From positions 111,106,001-111,170,000 of the forward strand of contig NC_087436.1 of the NCBI RefSeq assembly GCF_036321535.1: 64,000 bases of DNA, read 5' to 3'. How positions within the stretch are numbered: position 1 is the first letter of the stretch; each line of letters opens with the position of its first letter. The position numbers and the translations under genes were made by a program. Of this stretch, positions 41,644 to 54,805 are shown in pieces. The notes beneath the pieces were generated by a model, which saw only the letters and a list, made by a program, of their open reading frames with translations, was not told the DNA's origin and ran no database searches. The stretch comes from Camelus dromedarius (taxonomy: Eukaryota).

Positions 41644-43691
41644 CTTAATACATGAACATCTAATTAGTAACTTTTTAAAGCTACTCTTCATATGGTATTA
41701 GAAATTACTGGCCACTGTGGTATTTTTGAAATTCCATTATTAAAAATAATAAACTGAGTAAGAAACTCTAAGAAGTATAGGCTTCTTTGGAATGTCAAAA
41801 GAGATATAAAACTCTTACAGTGGTTTTCAGAATAGTTAACACTAGTCATTAGTTTTTATTATTTCTACTATATACTTGACTAGCAGAAAAAAGCATTTGA
41901 GTATTTCAAGAACTGTTAGGAAAGCATATTAATCTTTAAAGTATAGTGCAATGTATTTTTCTGAGAAACATGTAAATCTCTCAATTATTTTCTCACAGAT
42001 ATGCTTAATAGACCATAACGTACATAACATAACTGAAAGTGTCTCAGAACCTTTTTTGGTTTTCTTTTGTTTATGTGAAAATTAACAATTTTTAATTTAC
42101 TAGAAAAAAGTAAAATACCACTTACATCTTCTTATTTGATAGCTAACATTTCCTCCTGCCTTTGTCTCTACATATGTATTTTGAATTATCTAATAGTGAA
42201 TCTTGGGAGTCCGTTCCATCATTTTACACTCCCAATCATGATAAAATTTACCAAAAAATTATTTTCAGAAAGGAAGGGATACTAAGGTCATGTCCTGTCT
42301 TCATCTGTCTAGAGGTGGCAGTAGATTTTTAAAGTTTTATTGTAATTTTGTATTTCTTCTCATTTTTTTTGAAAGCTACTTTATGTCAAATCACGTTAGC
42401 TGTAGTAGTAAAGCATTGGTTGACTCTAGTAAAAGTATCTTTTTTCTAGAAAAATATTGATCTAATTTGCAGAATTTGCCCTAGTGTTTTTGCTACTCAA
42501 ATGGCATAATTTTTATAAAATGTGGATAAAATATTCCATACTTATCTGTGAAACAGACTAAGCCAGTTTTAGAGAGCAAAATAAAAATCTAATTTCACTT
42601 TTCATTTTAAAAGAGAAATCCTTTAATTATTAATGTATGAGAACATAGTATCCTTTTAAACAAAATACAGTCTTCTGTAGCAATTTATAATCATCATATT
42701 TCAATTACAGCCCTAAATAAAATTTCTACAAACCAGGAACTAACAACAAATACAAGAAATCACGAATGGGAGACTATTTTCATGTACAGAGTTTGGTGAT
42801 ATGTTTAATTTAAATAGATACTTTTCTGAAACAGAATTCTTTCAACATATTTTATTCTTCTTGCTGCTGGTATTGGATTAAAAAAATTTTTTGTAGACTT
42901 CTACATTTGTTGCTAAGTAATCCTGGGTTTTAGTTAATGTTAGATGTATTTAGTTTCTACAGTGGGACATTTTCCAGCATTTGAAATTAAATAATTAGGT
43001 AAGTAATGCCTATAGTTTTGATGTAATTACTTTAGTATTTAGAAATCAATTAAAATAGATTTCATTTTTAAATAGCTTAGTTTTGTTTTTTTTTTTTCTT
43101 ATTAGGTTAAAAGGCCTGCAGCTTAATCTTAGAAAATATATTCTGTTATTTATGTGAAATATAAATCCCTCAATTTTCCTTGTGACTATGCAAAACTCTT
43201 TTATTAATAATTTTATTTTCACTACCTTGAAAATAATACCTATTTTAAATAAAGATAGATTTTTTCCTACACCTTATTTTTCTTATTTGTACTAATATGG
43301 ACTAATAACTATCAAAATAACTTATAAAATGTCTACTTTACAAAAATCTTAACTCCTTCTGAAGTACTTTCCATTAAATATTCTTAATATATCCAAAGCA
43401 CTAAACATTAGCAGTCTGTAAATATATCTGTCAGCAGCAGCAACTTTTATATTACAAAAATAGGGCTTTGATTTGATTCTTATACTTAGTCATAGGAAAT
43501 TAATTATCATCAGTGCTTCATTATATTTTTGCTAAACAATAATCAAGATGTCACTATTGCAGCTCTTTACAGGAGTTAGAGGAGTCCAGCAATACTAAAA
43601 TATCTTTTGTTCAAACTCTTTTAAAATTATAACTCCTTGTGATACTGGTATTTTTACTGTAATTCATTTTTTGTTTGATTTTTATTTTTAG

Positions 43692-46600
43692 TTCAACTGT
43701 TGATGCAAAATCAGAGGAAGCTACTAAAATGGAAAAAGGAAAATCAGCATTAAGCAAAGTTTTGGAATCTTTGTGCATACATCACCAGCAACAAGTTTTG
43801 GCTATGTTGAAATTTCTAGTCCAAGAGCAGAATGCTGCTTCTCTTTGCTGTTGTAATACATCATATACTGTGTCTTCAGAATCTCAAAAGCCCCTAATTG
43901 AAGATGATGTAGATGGTCTATTCTGTAGTTGTGAATATAGGCTGGCAGAAAGAGGGTGTTTACAAAATGAAAAACAAAGCCCTGGTTTTGTGCCTCTGCC
44001 AGTCTGTATTAAAGATTCGCATTGTTTATCTTGCCAAACTGTAACTGTTGAACACATTAAGACAGTAGCGAATAGAGGAGTTGGAAACAGTTATAATTCT
44101 CACAGGTGCTGTGCTGGACTGTTACCAAACATTCATTCCACAAAATCAGCCTTTCATACTCCTGTTTCGTCAAGGGAAGTACGTGATGTTTCAGTAAGTC
44201 TTAAGGATGTTTGTAGATCTCGAAGTCCCTCACCCCCGCCATTATCACCTGTACAGACGGAAGGATTTGAAAAATTGAAAGATGTCATCTCAGAGTTTTC
44301 AGCCTTAGAAAATAACAAACTTGAAACAAACATTAACCAGCCTCCATCTCTCACACCAGCAGAAATAAACAGTGACAAAGGTGATCATGAAAGTAAAATG
44401 TGTAAAACTAAAAAATCCAGTAACTCTGATTCTTTGCTCTTAGAAGACAGCAATAATTGTACTACAAATCATGAAAAAGGTGAAACTACTGTAATTTTTC
44501 AAGATTTAATGGATCGTATTAATGAAAAATTAAAATCAATAGAAACTATAGATATGACAAACTTTATAAAATTCTCTAGCAGTGATGGTAATACAGATAA
44601 TGATTTAAAATTGAGAGATTTAATAGCCTCTCTGTTGCATAATGCAAAAGCCAGTGATTACAGTTTTATGGAATTACTGAGTCAACATGATAAAAAGGTA
44701 GAAAATAAAATTATTCAGACAAGATTTCGAAAGCGTCAAGAAACCTTATTTGCAATGCACAACTCTCCTGACTCACCTATATTTAGAAGGCAGTCTTTAC
44801 AGATAAAAAGAGAACTTGCTAGTCTTGATGAAAATTTTATAAGGAAAAAATACACTGAAAAAAATTCAAGGAAACTTACGCGCAACGATGATCCATTTTC
44901 ACCGGACAAAGAAGAATTCTATCATTGCCAAGGGCCGCCTTTACAAAATTCTAAAAGCGTTCAAGGTAATAATCATGCAGAAACATCATATTCACCAGAT
45001 TATGCATTACAGTCATTGCAACTACCTCTTCATAATTTAGAAACTAACTTGACTTTTGATGCATTTTCAGAAAGCTTTAAAACAACTTCCCCTGAGAAAA
45101 TGAGCATAAGAAGATCACAGGAGAAATCTGTGGCTGGAAAAACATTTTTGCAAAATTATAAGGAGAAGCCAAAATTACAGAATACTCAAACTCCTTTGAA
45201 AAGTGATGTTCCTGGACTTCTGAACAGAACTAAACGAAATATTGTGCCTCCGGGGTGGTATTCTATATATGTAACAAATAATTATGTTTTCAAAAAATCC
45301 CCTAAGGCCAAAAAAGTTTCTGAATCCACAAAAAAAAAAGATCCAGTGAAAAACATTCAGATTGAAAACTCACATGATATAGATCTAAATAAAATTGCAA
45401 TGAATTCTAATTTACAGGTTGTTGTGGAACGTTTGGAAGATACAATAAATATGGCCCAAAAGTCTTGGAATAGTCAGTCGTTATCAGAAGGATACAAAGC
45501 ATCCAAGAAATTGATAGAAATTGATGGTAAAGATCAAAATACTGCTAGAAATATGACTCTTGCTGTAAGTAGAATGGCATGCAAAGAGCAGAGTTTATCG
45601 AAATCTGTGGTAACATCCACCAGTATTAAAAGCAATCATACACCAACACTTGATTTGAATAACAAAAGACCTGATAGCCAGAAAAAGTCACCCCTTTTAG
45701 ATATGGGTAGCTTGATGTCCAGTGTTGAAAATGTACCAACAAAATATAAAGCCATTGAAAGATCTTCTTTTTCCAGCTATTCTAGTCCTATCAAACTCAT
45801 GTTTTTATCTGAGGTTAAAAGCAGTGAAGGAGTCAAATACACTTTAACTTCAGTCGGTACTTGTGAATCAAATACTGATCTTCCTTCTTCTGAAAAACGA
45901 CCAACCCATCAAGTAATTGACCAAAGAAAAGAAACAAATGAGGATATACTGAATGTCAACTTTGAAAATTATAGTTCCAATCTTAACAATAGTGCTACTC
46001 TTCAAAGAGAACTAAGCAAATTTAATTGTGCAAAGGAAGCTGCAGAACCCTCTGCAATGTTTATGGATGATAAGATGAGTGATAAGCCTCAAGAGGGACC
46101 TAAGGAATATTCAAGCAGCGCTGTTAATTCATCTTTTAAAAGAAAACCAGGTAGACCTAAAAAAATAGGTCCCCAGGTTGTGAAACAGATTAAGCGACCG
46201 ATTGGAAGGCCACCAAAACCTAAAACTGACCAAACAGACATCACTCTTTGCCAAAATGAGTCCTTCAGTGCTGGAAAGAAAAGTCCAGAATCTCTCGTAT
46301 CAGAAGTAAAAGAAGGTATTTATAAAAAGAGTATCACGGTAACTGTCATTTATGGAAGGTCAAGAAGAACTAAAAGGCATGTTTCTGAAGGAAGTGTGGA
46401 CATAAGCAATGTGCTGTCTGTAAACAATAACGCTGCTGGTTTTCCAGCAGGATGTAACGGTCTCCAGACTATCGGAGAGTGTGAGGTGGGCTTGGGCGAG
46501 AGGACAAGTGCTGCTGCAAGCTTGACTACTGACAGCGGGGTCTCAGGGCCCGGCTTGGAACACGGCAGCCCTGTCAAGAACAAGTCTGTCATACCTCAGC

Positions 46601-48517
46601 CTTCCAAGAACATTATTCGACCAAATCAGAAGCCCTTGTCAATCATTAGGAAGCCCGGTAGACCTGCAAAAGTGAAAATCTCTGGCATATCTGTGACTAT
46701 TCATAGAATTTCACCTCAGGAGAGGGAAGTAAGTATTAGCAGTTGCTTACCTCCTTTAGAACAAGAGAATATATTAGAAAAAAATCTGCCTGAAGAAAAG
46801 CATGATCACCAGCGCAGTAAGGTGAACACAAGGCACACTGAAGCTGACGAGTTTAAGAGTGGATCAGAAAGTATGGTTGCTACTATACCTTTGAGACATT
46901 CTGTTAGGGATAGAAAACCATCTCTGCATTTCTTACATTCATTAGCATCTTCTAGTTCACTTATTTATAGAAATGCTCTGCTCCATAAATCATGTAAAAT
47001 CCATTTGCAGAAAAGTCAAAGTCAGAAAGATAAACATAAGCAGTCAAGGATTAAAATAGCTTCCAAAGGTACTCCAGGAGCTAGAAATTCAAGAAATGCA
47101 AAGACGTGTTTGGAAAATAAATTAATACCCGTTTCTGAAGTATCCTTGGACCCTATAATTTCATCAAACCCTTTGCTCAGGTGGTGGGCTGCTTCTACTT
47201 CAAACGATTCCTTATTAGAGGAATTAAACAATAGATTTGAGCAAATAACAAATGCTTGGGTGCGTGTGAGTGGCGATGAAGCTGAAAATTGTGTTAAAAA
47301 AAGAGAACGTGTTGAAAATGATAACTTCAAAATAACAAGCCCTTTGGAAACCTGTCTTTTAGAACTTGAAGTTTCACCTGTAAAAATGCTTTTTCAGAAA
47401 AAGTATGATTTGAATGAACTCTGTACCTGGTTTATGCAAACAACAGAGACACAATCTCTTTCATTAGTTAGAAAAGCAAATGCTCGAAACCCTTTGGAAG
47501 TAATAAATACCAGAGGAATTAAATTAGGGAACAAATATTCCGATTTTAACACCAGCCCCTTCAGAAAGCACTTTAAAAAATTTGCACTATCTTCTCCTTC
47601 AAAATCATCAGGGAAGTTGCATTTACTACATAAAATGGTTAGCTCTCCACTTTTAAATGTGAAAAGTAATTTAACACTAACTAGATTAAAAAGAACTGAG
47701 TTTAAGAGGTTGCAGCATGAAAGGTGGAGGCGAGAGGGAAAGCTGCACAGCCATGGAACAGGTGATTGGATCTCTAAGAGGAGAAACTTAAGATTTTTCT
47801 GCCAGAACCAATTTTTAAATAAGACTGAGGGGAAAACAAATGCTGACATCCCACTCCAAGGGAAAACCACAGTAGATAATCAGTTTATTTTGCCACCTGA
47901 GATCAGGGATGACTTTTTGCAGCAGAGGGTGGCAATGTCTGACTTCAAAACACATGCTAGTTTAGAGAATAAATTTAAGTCAGAAGCAAAGGAGAATGGA
48001 ACAAACTGCAGTCAAAAAGATTTTGAAAAGGGGCCAAGACTAGGAAATGTGTGTCCAAATAATTGGAGGTCAAAAACCTTAAAAGATTGTAGAATATTTT
48101 TGAGGAAGATCAACTATCTTGAACACAGAAATACTTTTAAGCTAAATACAATCATTTACGCTCCTGAATCTGTTGACAGTGGAAGTAATCATCAGACTCA
48201 TGTAGAAGACTCAAAGCGCTTTACCTTAAGATCCCATTCTGCTAGGCAAAATTATTTTAAAAAGCAATCTAAAGAAATAGAAAATGCTAAAGCAAATAGT
48301 CCTTCAAGCGATAAATTTCCTAGCCAACTTGACAGTAGTAAGTTAAATAAATGTGTTAACTATGACAAGAATCCTTCTGATAATTCTGAAGTTCTTAGCA
48401 AATTGAACAAAAGGAAAAGACCACCATGGAAGACCACAGAAATGTCAACAAAAAGACATAAACGACAGTCTTGCAGCAGTGGACAAATGGCAAACTATTA
48501 TTCAAAATCCCAACTAG
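43692..48517 (+). CDS. LCORL: LCORL alternative giant exon (4826 nt) encoding the PALI2-isoform C-terminal region: 3 AT-hooks plus PIP/DUF4553 PRC2-interaction region
   Basis: Acceptor ttttatttttag|T in phase 2 with the 94-nt exon; uninterrupted ~1608-codon frame. AT-hooks KRKPGRPKK (46138-46164), KRPIGRPPK (46192-46218), RKPGRPAK (46648-46671). PIP-like NPLLRWW..NAWV..LCTWFMQTTETQSL..KHFKKFAL (~47140-47640). Donor AG|gtaagt. Confidence 0.93.
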
Positions 48518-50989
48518 GTAAGTTTTTCTGTACTTAATTTTAAAGTTTCATTATAGGTGCCTTGTGTAAAGTATGAGATAATGGGTAGGAAAGGAACAGC
48601 TGATTTAGTTTTAATTGATTTCCAAAATATCTGGACAGTCTTATTTCCTTGGCACCTAGTATGAAACTCATGAAATTAGGTGTTGCTAAATGTCCCAGTG
48701 CACTTCCCCAAATCTAAATGTTTCTGGGATTACAGGCAAATTAAAGTGTATTCAGTAGAGACATAGAAAATTTCTACTAAATATATGTCATTAAAGTAAA
48801 CATTACATTATCTACTTTTGCATCAGGTAGGTTTAATATAAAATACAGAAAACAGTTGGACAAATAAATATGACCAAGTCACCTTCTAAAAGTTAACTAC
48901 TACACTGCAGGCTAATATATATTTATTGTCTTGATAGATTAGTAACTTTGAGACCACGTGGAGAGAAATAAAGACTATCTCATTGCTAAATTGATAAAAG
49001 ACTATAACGTGTCATAATCCTAGGGTATCAGTCTCATATTCACCATTAAGTTGTTAGGCCCTTTGGGGACCACTTTAAGATTGTGTTTATTTAAAGAGTG
49101 TCAAGGAACAAGATATTTTTTCCCAATAAATCATCAAACTTGTTGAACAGACATTGAATTAGATCCCATGGAAATAAAGATGAGGATTTATTTCCAGGGA
49201 TAATCCACAGCCTGGCAAGGGAGAAGGTCATATACAGGTAATTTTAAAGTGATGCTAAATTCAGAAGGCAAATTACTGAAATTACTTTAGCAAGTAGTTA
49301 TGTGGTTTATACAGTTATGCTGACCTGACAGTGGTGCCTCAGGGAGACTGTTACCATTAGAACCTAGCAAAAATGGGATATAAACACTGTAGCTACCAAC
49401 ATAGCCAGTTCCATCTCTGCTGATTGATGGGTGCTGGACAATTCAGAGTATGTAGGAGTGTGGTAGTGCCTGTTGATTACTTCCCTGACATGAAAGAGTG
49501 GAAATTTAAGGATATCTTATCATGGGGTTGCACTGTTACATTGTCTACTTTAGGGGAATCTTTTGTGGGGTTGGGGAGGTATTGTTGGCTTTATCTTTGT
49601 TACCTTCTTTAGAAACTTACATAAAAGCTTAAAAAAAATTTCTCAGGTCTTAGATTAAAATATTAAAAGCAGTAATTAAACTCAAGATTTGATAAGCTAA
49701 AAGATTATTATGACCCCCCCCAAATTTAATTGCTTAACTGAATAACTTTAAAATACCTATTTCAGTAATATCTAACATGCAGGGATTAAAAAATGTTAAC
49801 TCTCTAACATGCAATGATTGAAATTTTAACGGTGGTCAAATTAGAGTCTCCATTATGAAAGATGAAGCAAATCTAAAAGCAGTGCCCTTTGTTTCTTGCC
49901 CTAAGGATAACTAAAAATAATTATAACAAAAAGTATGTCACAAAAAAGAGAGAAGTCTAATAGTAATTTAAAAAAAAACAACTTTTAATTCGCCTAAAAA
50001 TATTCACACGTATTTTTAAAACTGTCACGAATGGAGAATAAAATATAGTGCTTCATTTTTAATTCTTTATACATGTACATCCTCATTTCATAGTAAAGGT
50101 AGTTTACATTGTCATTTTTCAACAGAACTGTGTTTTATCCTTCCAACTTCTTAACCATTGTATCTTTCTAAGGTATAAATATAAAATTTATTTTAATACG
50201 ATTCTTCATCTCACTAAATATGCGATCACCCTAGAAAAAAAGATGGAAGATGCCTAATTATTACTTTTTCAAATTAATTTCAAATCCTTTGGTGATACTT
50301 AAAAAAATTTTAGTGCCATATTGAGTTGTTTTTCACCGTTTCTCCTTTTTAAGAGTGCTAGTAATAGTCCCTGTTCTGCTTAAAATTTTATTTATCTTTC
50401 ACTGATAACTTTCCTTCTTTATTTTTTAACATTCTTTTTCACTCAATCAACAAGGACATTATTTTTATAAAGTTGTATTTATAGCAATATTTGTTATATT
50501 TATCTGATTTTTACATGTTTCTTAAAGTGTTGTTTTTTCTCATTCTTGATATTTCATACTTCTTTTTGCCTCTTGGGAATGACACTAAAATTCATTATTA
50601 GTTTTATATGTGTTTTTCTTCTTCATAGAATTATTATTGACTGGAAATTTGAGAGACTTTTAACAACAGGCCTTTTCTAGGAGAATTCCTAGGGCAATGT
50701 ATACAATGAATCATGGAATATTTCTATTGATGAAGAGTTTTGCCTCTACCGTGAATGTCTTGCTTTTATACATTTCAAGATTAACTGTCCAGATACAGTT
50801 TAATACACGGGATTTTTAAAGTTATACTCATTACATTTGTACTTCTTTATATCAACTACAGACATGGAAAGGAAGAAGAAATGCAGTTCTAATCTATTCT
50901 TAGTTCAACAAATAATGAATGCCTGTAATATGCTCTTAGGCACTGTGGAAGGTTCGAAAAGTTCTTCTGCCGTCTAAGTGAGAAAACAA

Positions 50990-52400
50990 GACCTGTGTCA
51001 TTTATTTTTTCAATAGTAGAGTGTATTTTATGTTTTAAGTGGGATGTTATGTTTTAAGAGGGTAGAATGGTTAAAGTCATGGTTTGTACTCTTGTGGAGC
51101 TTACTGTCTCATGGGGGACAGGGAAGAGGAAGCCCAGGAGAGAGGTGAGTGCTGTGATGGGAGAGGGAGGTGGACTGTAGGAGCGCATAGGAGGGAAGCT
51201 GAACGCAGGCTTAGAGGGTTAGGCAAGGATTCCTACATAGTCACATCTAAGCTGGGATTTGAAGGATGTCAAAGTATTAGCAGTCCAGAGAGTATTTTCT
51301 GCAGAAGGAAATTGCATATGGAAAATTTGGGTGACAGAAGAGAGCTGAAACACTGAGTAATTTAGTTCATATAGCTGAGGCACAAAATAAGAATTAAGAA
51401 TGGGGTAGAGGGTGACTGAGAAAATGGCAAAAGATAAAGCTACTGGGGTAAACAGCCCAAACTGTGAGGTCAGCATCAGTTAATGAAAAAAATGTCTTGA
51501 GCCCTTATGATAGTATCATTACTGGAGAAGAACAGGTGTATTTGAGAGAGATCTATGAAGTAGAATTAATCTGTTTTAGAAAATAGAGGAACAAAGGATA
51601 ACATCCAAGTTTTGGGGCTTGAACATCTGGGTAGGTGCTAGTAACGTTCCATTTTAGACATAACGAATTTGAGGTATGTAGTGGGATATCCAAGAAAAGA
51701 TGCTTTAGAAAGCAGTTAGTTAATATGGGTTTGTTGCTCAGGAGAGAGGTCTGAGCTGGAGGTAAAATTTGGGGGTCAGCAAGTAACTGAAGCCACGAGA
51801 GTGGAAGAGATTGCTCAGTGTAAAATGTGAAGAACCTCGGGTCTCAGAGCCTAAAGGAAAGAAGAGAGGTGTACAAGGGGACTGCTGAGAGTGGTCAGGA
51901 GGGAAGAGGAAAGCTGGGAGTGTGTGGTGAAAGGAAGTGTGTTTTAAGAAGGGAAAAAACAACAGTGTAAAATGTTGATAAAAGAGGTTAGTTAGTCCTT
52001 GAAATGTTCCAGTCAGGATAGCACAAGAGGTTATTTTAGAGATTTGGGAGAGAGCAGTTTTGATGGACTTATAGAGTCAGAAATCTTATGACTGAGTAAA
52101 TGCAGGAAGAGGAAATGACGAAAACTAGCACAGAAAACTGTAAATGGTTGCTTTTGGAGAGGAGATGGGGAGGCGATGAGAAGAAGCCCAGTTGAAGGCA
52201 GGTTTTAAAAAAGAAAAAAAATAGATACATAGATGCCAGTGGGGAGAAGCCAGTGGAAACTGAAAGGCTGAAGACAGAAAAGTGAGGTGGCCGGTAGCAG
52301 AAATGGAGTGAAGTCCCTGAGTTGATTACTGAATATTATAGGGCATTGGTTGGAAGAGTCGCTTCCCTCCCAAACGTGAGAATGGTGAGAACGATAGATG
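50990..52400 (-). mobile_element. LINE-2 remnant
   Basis: Purine-rich L2 motifs: ttttagacataacgaatttgaggt, ctcaggagagaggtctgagctggag. Confidence 0.65.
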
Positions 52401-54805
52401 GGGATGCAGATCAGCTCCCAAGTTTCTGGGCAGCATGTTGGGGATGGTAGAGTCTGTGGTACCAAGGAGTAACGCAGAGTGGTGCGGTGAGTACTGGGCT
52501 CTGTGGATAAGGTTTGAAATACTGTCTCAAGAGATGACAAGATTGAACAGCTTTGTGATCTTATCTCGGCTGCCAGAATATAAGCTTGGAGAAAGCTGGG
52601 CCCTTAGATTTGATAGTAACTGTGTTCACCAAGTGAGTGTAACAGAAGAACAAAGAGATCAAACCAAGAGTTTATTCTGTGAATTATGAGAAATTACAGA
52701 CTCCAAGTGTAATTCTAGGGAGTCTTTTTCTAATAGTTGTGCACAATATAGACTTGAGGGGGAGGGTAGAATGGGGGTGTGTGAAGGGCCAGTCGTGAGA
52801 TGATTTTTGAGGTGATAATGGCCTAACACTGAGTGTGACTATTGAAAATAGTAATATAGACCTTTTTAATGTCAGTGTCTTTTCAGTTCCCAAAGCAAAT
52901 GTGTGCTTTTTCCTAACTGATATATATCTGGATATAATAAACGGACTTCGGACACCTCTGGGGAAATTTTAAGAGTAGAATAACCTAATGTGTACTTAAA
53001 GCTACTGTCCTGATAGTATTCATTCTAAAATGTTAAGTTTCCCATAAAAATTCAGAATTCAAGTTCACACCTTGAATTGGATTCTGAGATGAGTGAAAAA
53101 AAGGTCAGTTTGTCAGCTTCTCCCGTTTTGTCATCTGTCCTCAAAAATGACTGAATATACATGTACTTTTTCCATTCAGAATTCTGGTTTTCACTCAGGT
53201 ATATAACTGATGGGCAATTGTAACTAATAGTATACTTCTTTAACTACCTAAAACTGAGACTAACCACACATTCTTCTCTGTTCCTGCTAGTGAACACTTT
53301 ACCACATTTTTGGAGACCTAACTCAAGGTGTTCTTTTCAGTTTGTATGGTTGAGGCAACCCTCGGCATAGAATATTTTTAAACACTTAAAAACAAAATTT
53401 AGGGTTAAGGGTCTCTTCGTGTGCCGTTTTCAGCATCATAATTATTATCTAATGGAAGCATGGAGTAGATGATTTTCCAAATTTCATTTTGATAGAAAGG
53501 TGTTTCCAGATAATTCCACCACCTTAATCTAGTTGGCTACAAGCATTCCAAAGGTGTGTTCCGTGACGCACTAGTCCACCAAGACGTTCTGGATGCAAGG
53601 GGATCTGTGGTCTGATAACACTGGGAAACGTTCGGTTCTCTTTCCTGTGCTCCCTGAGTCACAGTGCTCCATTTGCATGTTAAGCCACAGTCTTCAAGCG
53701 TCACACTCCACAGGACACAGTTCGGGGAATATAATCAGGAAACACGGCTCTACATGGTTTCCTGCTAGTTTCTCTATACTCACTGTTGTGTTCCCAGGAA
53801 GAATGCAATGACTGTAAAAATATAAGTTAATTTATGTACTAGATTTGTTCTTGTACATAAATTGTTAGAGTAATTAAAATTAAATTGTTAAGTGCTTTGT
53901 TAAGATTCACCATTAAATGAACACTGTGGTAAATACTCCAAAATGATCATGTTTTGATCAGTCTATTTTGTAAGTTCTTTTTTGTATATTAGATTTTATT
54001 TCTCAGTGAGTTAAGGAAGGAAGAGCTGCAGTCAATTCAGCTGGTTTTCCTCCCTGTATGATAAACCATGAGAAAATATTATATGAATTCAGGAAAACAT
54101 ATGAGATCAGTGTCTCCTCAAGTCTTAACTAATCCACAGTCTTAATTTGATCAGAACTGGATGAAACAAAGACAGATATTTTAATGTAAAGAAATTAATA
54201 AATGCATCGACCTATTCCCTTTTACATGGGCTTCATATGACCACTTGCTACCTGCCAGTGCTGTAAGCAAAACTGTGAAACTGTGACCCAGTAATTTAAA
54301 ATATTCTAATGAAGTCAAGAATTTCTAATAAAAATCCTTTCTGTTTACAGTTGGGTTTTCTGCCCATCATTGTAATTTTCTCAGGAACTGAGTACAGAGA
54401 AGAGTTTTAGGTTTTGAAGAGTTTCTAACTCTTGCCATAAATACTATTATTAAAATATAAAACAGCTGTTTGATAATCCCTTGTCTTGATATATTTTCCT
54501 AGAATTTTTCTTGCATATTTTATATCCCATTGCTTTGTCAACCATTACTGACTTTTCCAGGATTTTCTGCTTTATTTACTAATTACCCCACATCTTTCAT
54601 GAAAAACTATTCAATTTATTCAACAAATATTGTATATATTTCTTTTGACTGACCAGGCATTGTTAGACATTAGAATCAAAAAAGAACTCAGGGAACTTGT
54701 CAAAAAATATTTCAAGCTGTTTCTTCAGTTTGGCAGCGTAATTAGCATAACGCCAAGAAAGCTGACTTGTCGCTTCTCCGCGCTGGTGGCTGCGTAATGC
54801 AGCTC

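Noticed and set aside
47394..47870. 158-aa antisense ORF (also 44154-44378, 46350-46592, 47022-47330)
   Set aside because: Shadows of the long + strand coding exon with no recognisable protein features
43675..48537. Stand-alone intronless 1620-aa gene or retrogene
   Set aside because: Starts at a TTG within a polypyrimidine tract and is bounded by an in-phase acceptor and a consensus donor, so it is an LCORL exon
50629..50663. Acceptor-like tttttcttcttcatag giving ELLLTGNLRDF*
   Set aside because: Lies in T-rich, probably antisense-L1-derived sequence where such motifs are common by chance
53533..53615. Possible terminal exon (VGYKHSKGVFRDALVHQDVLDARGSVV*) for the 48517 donor
   Set aside because: Weak pyrimidine tract and no independent support
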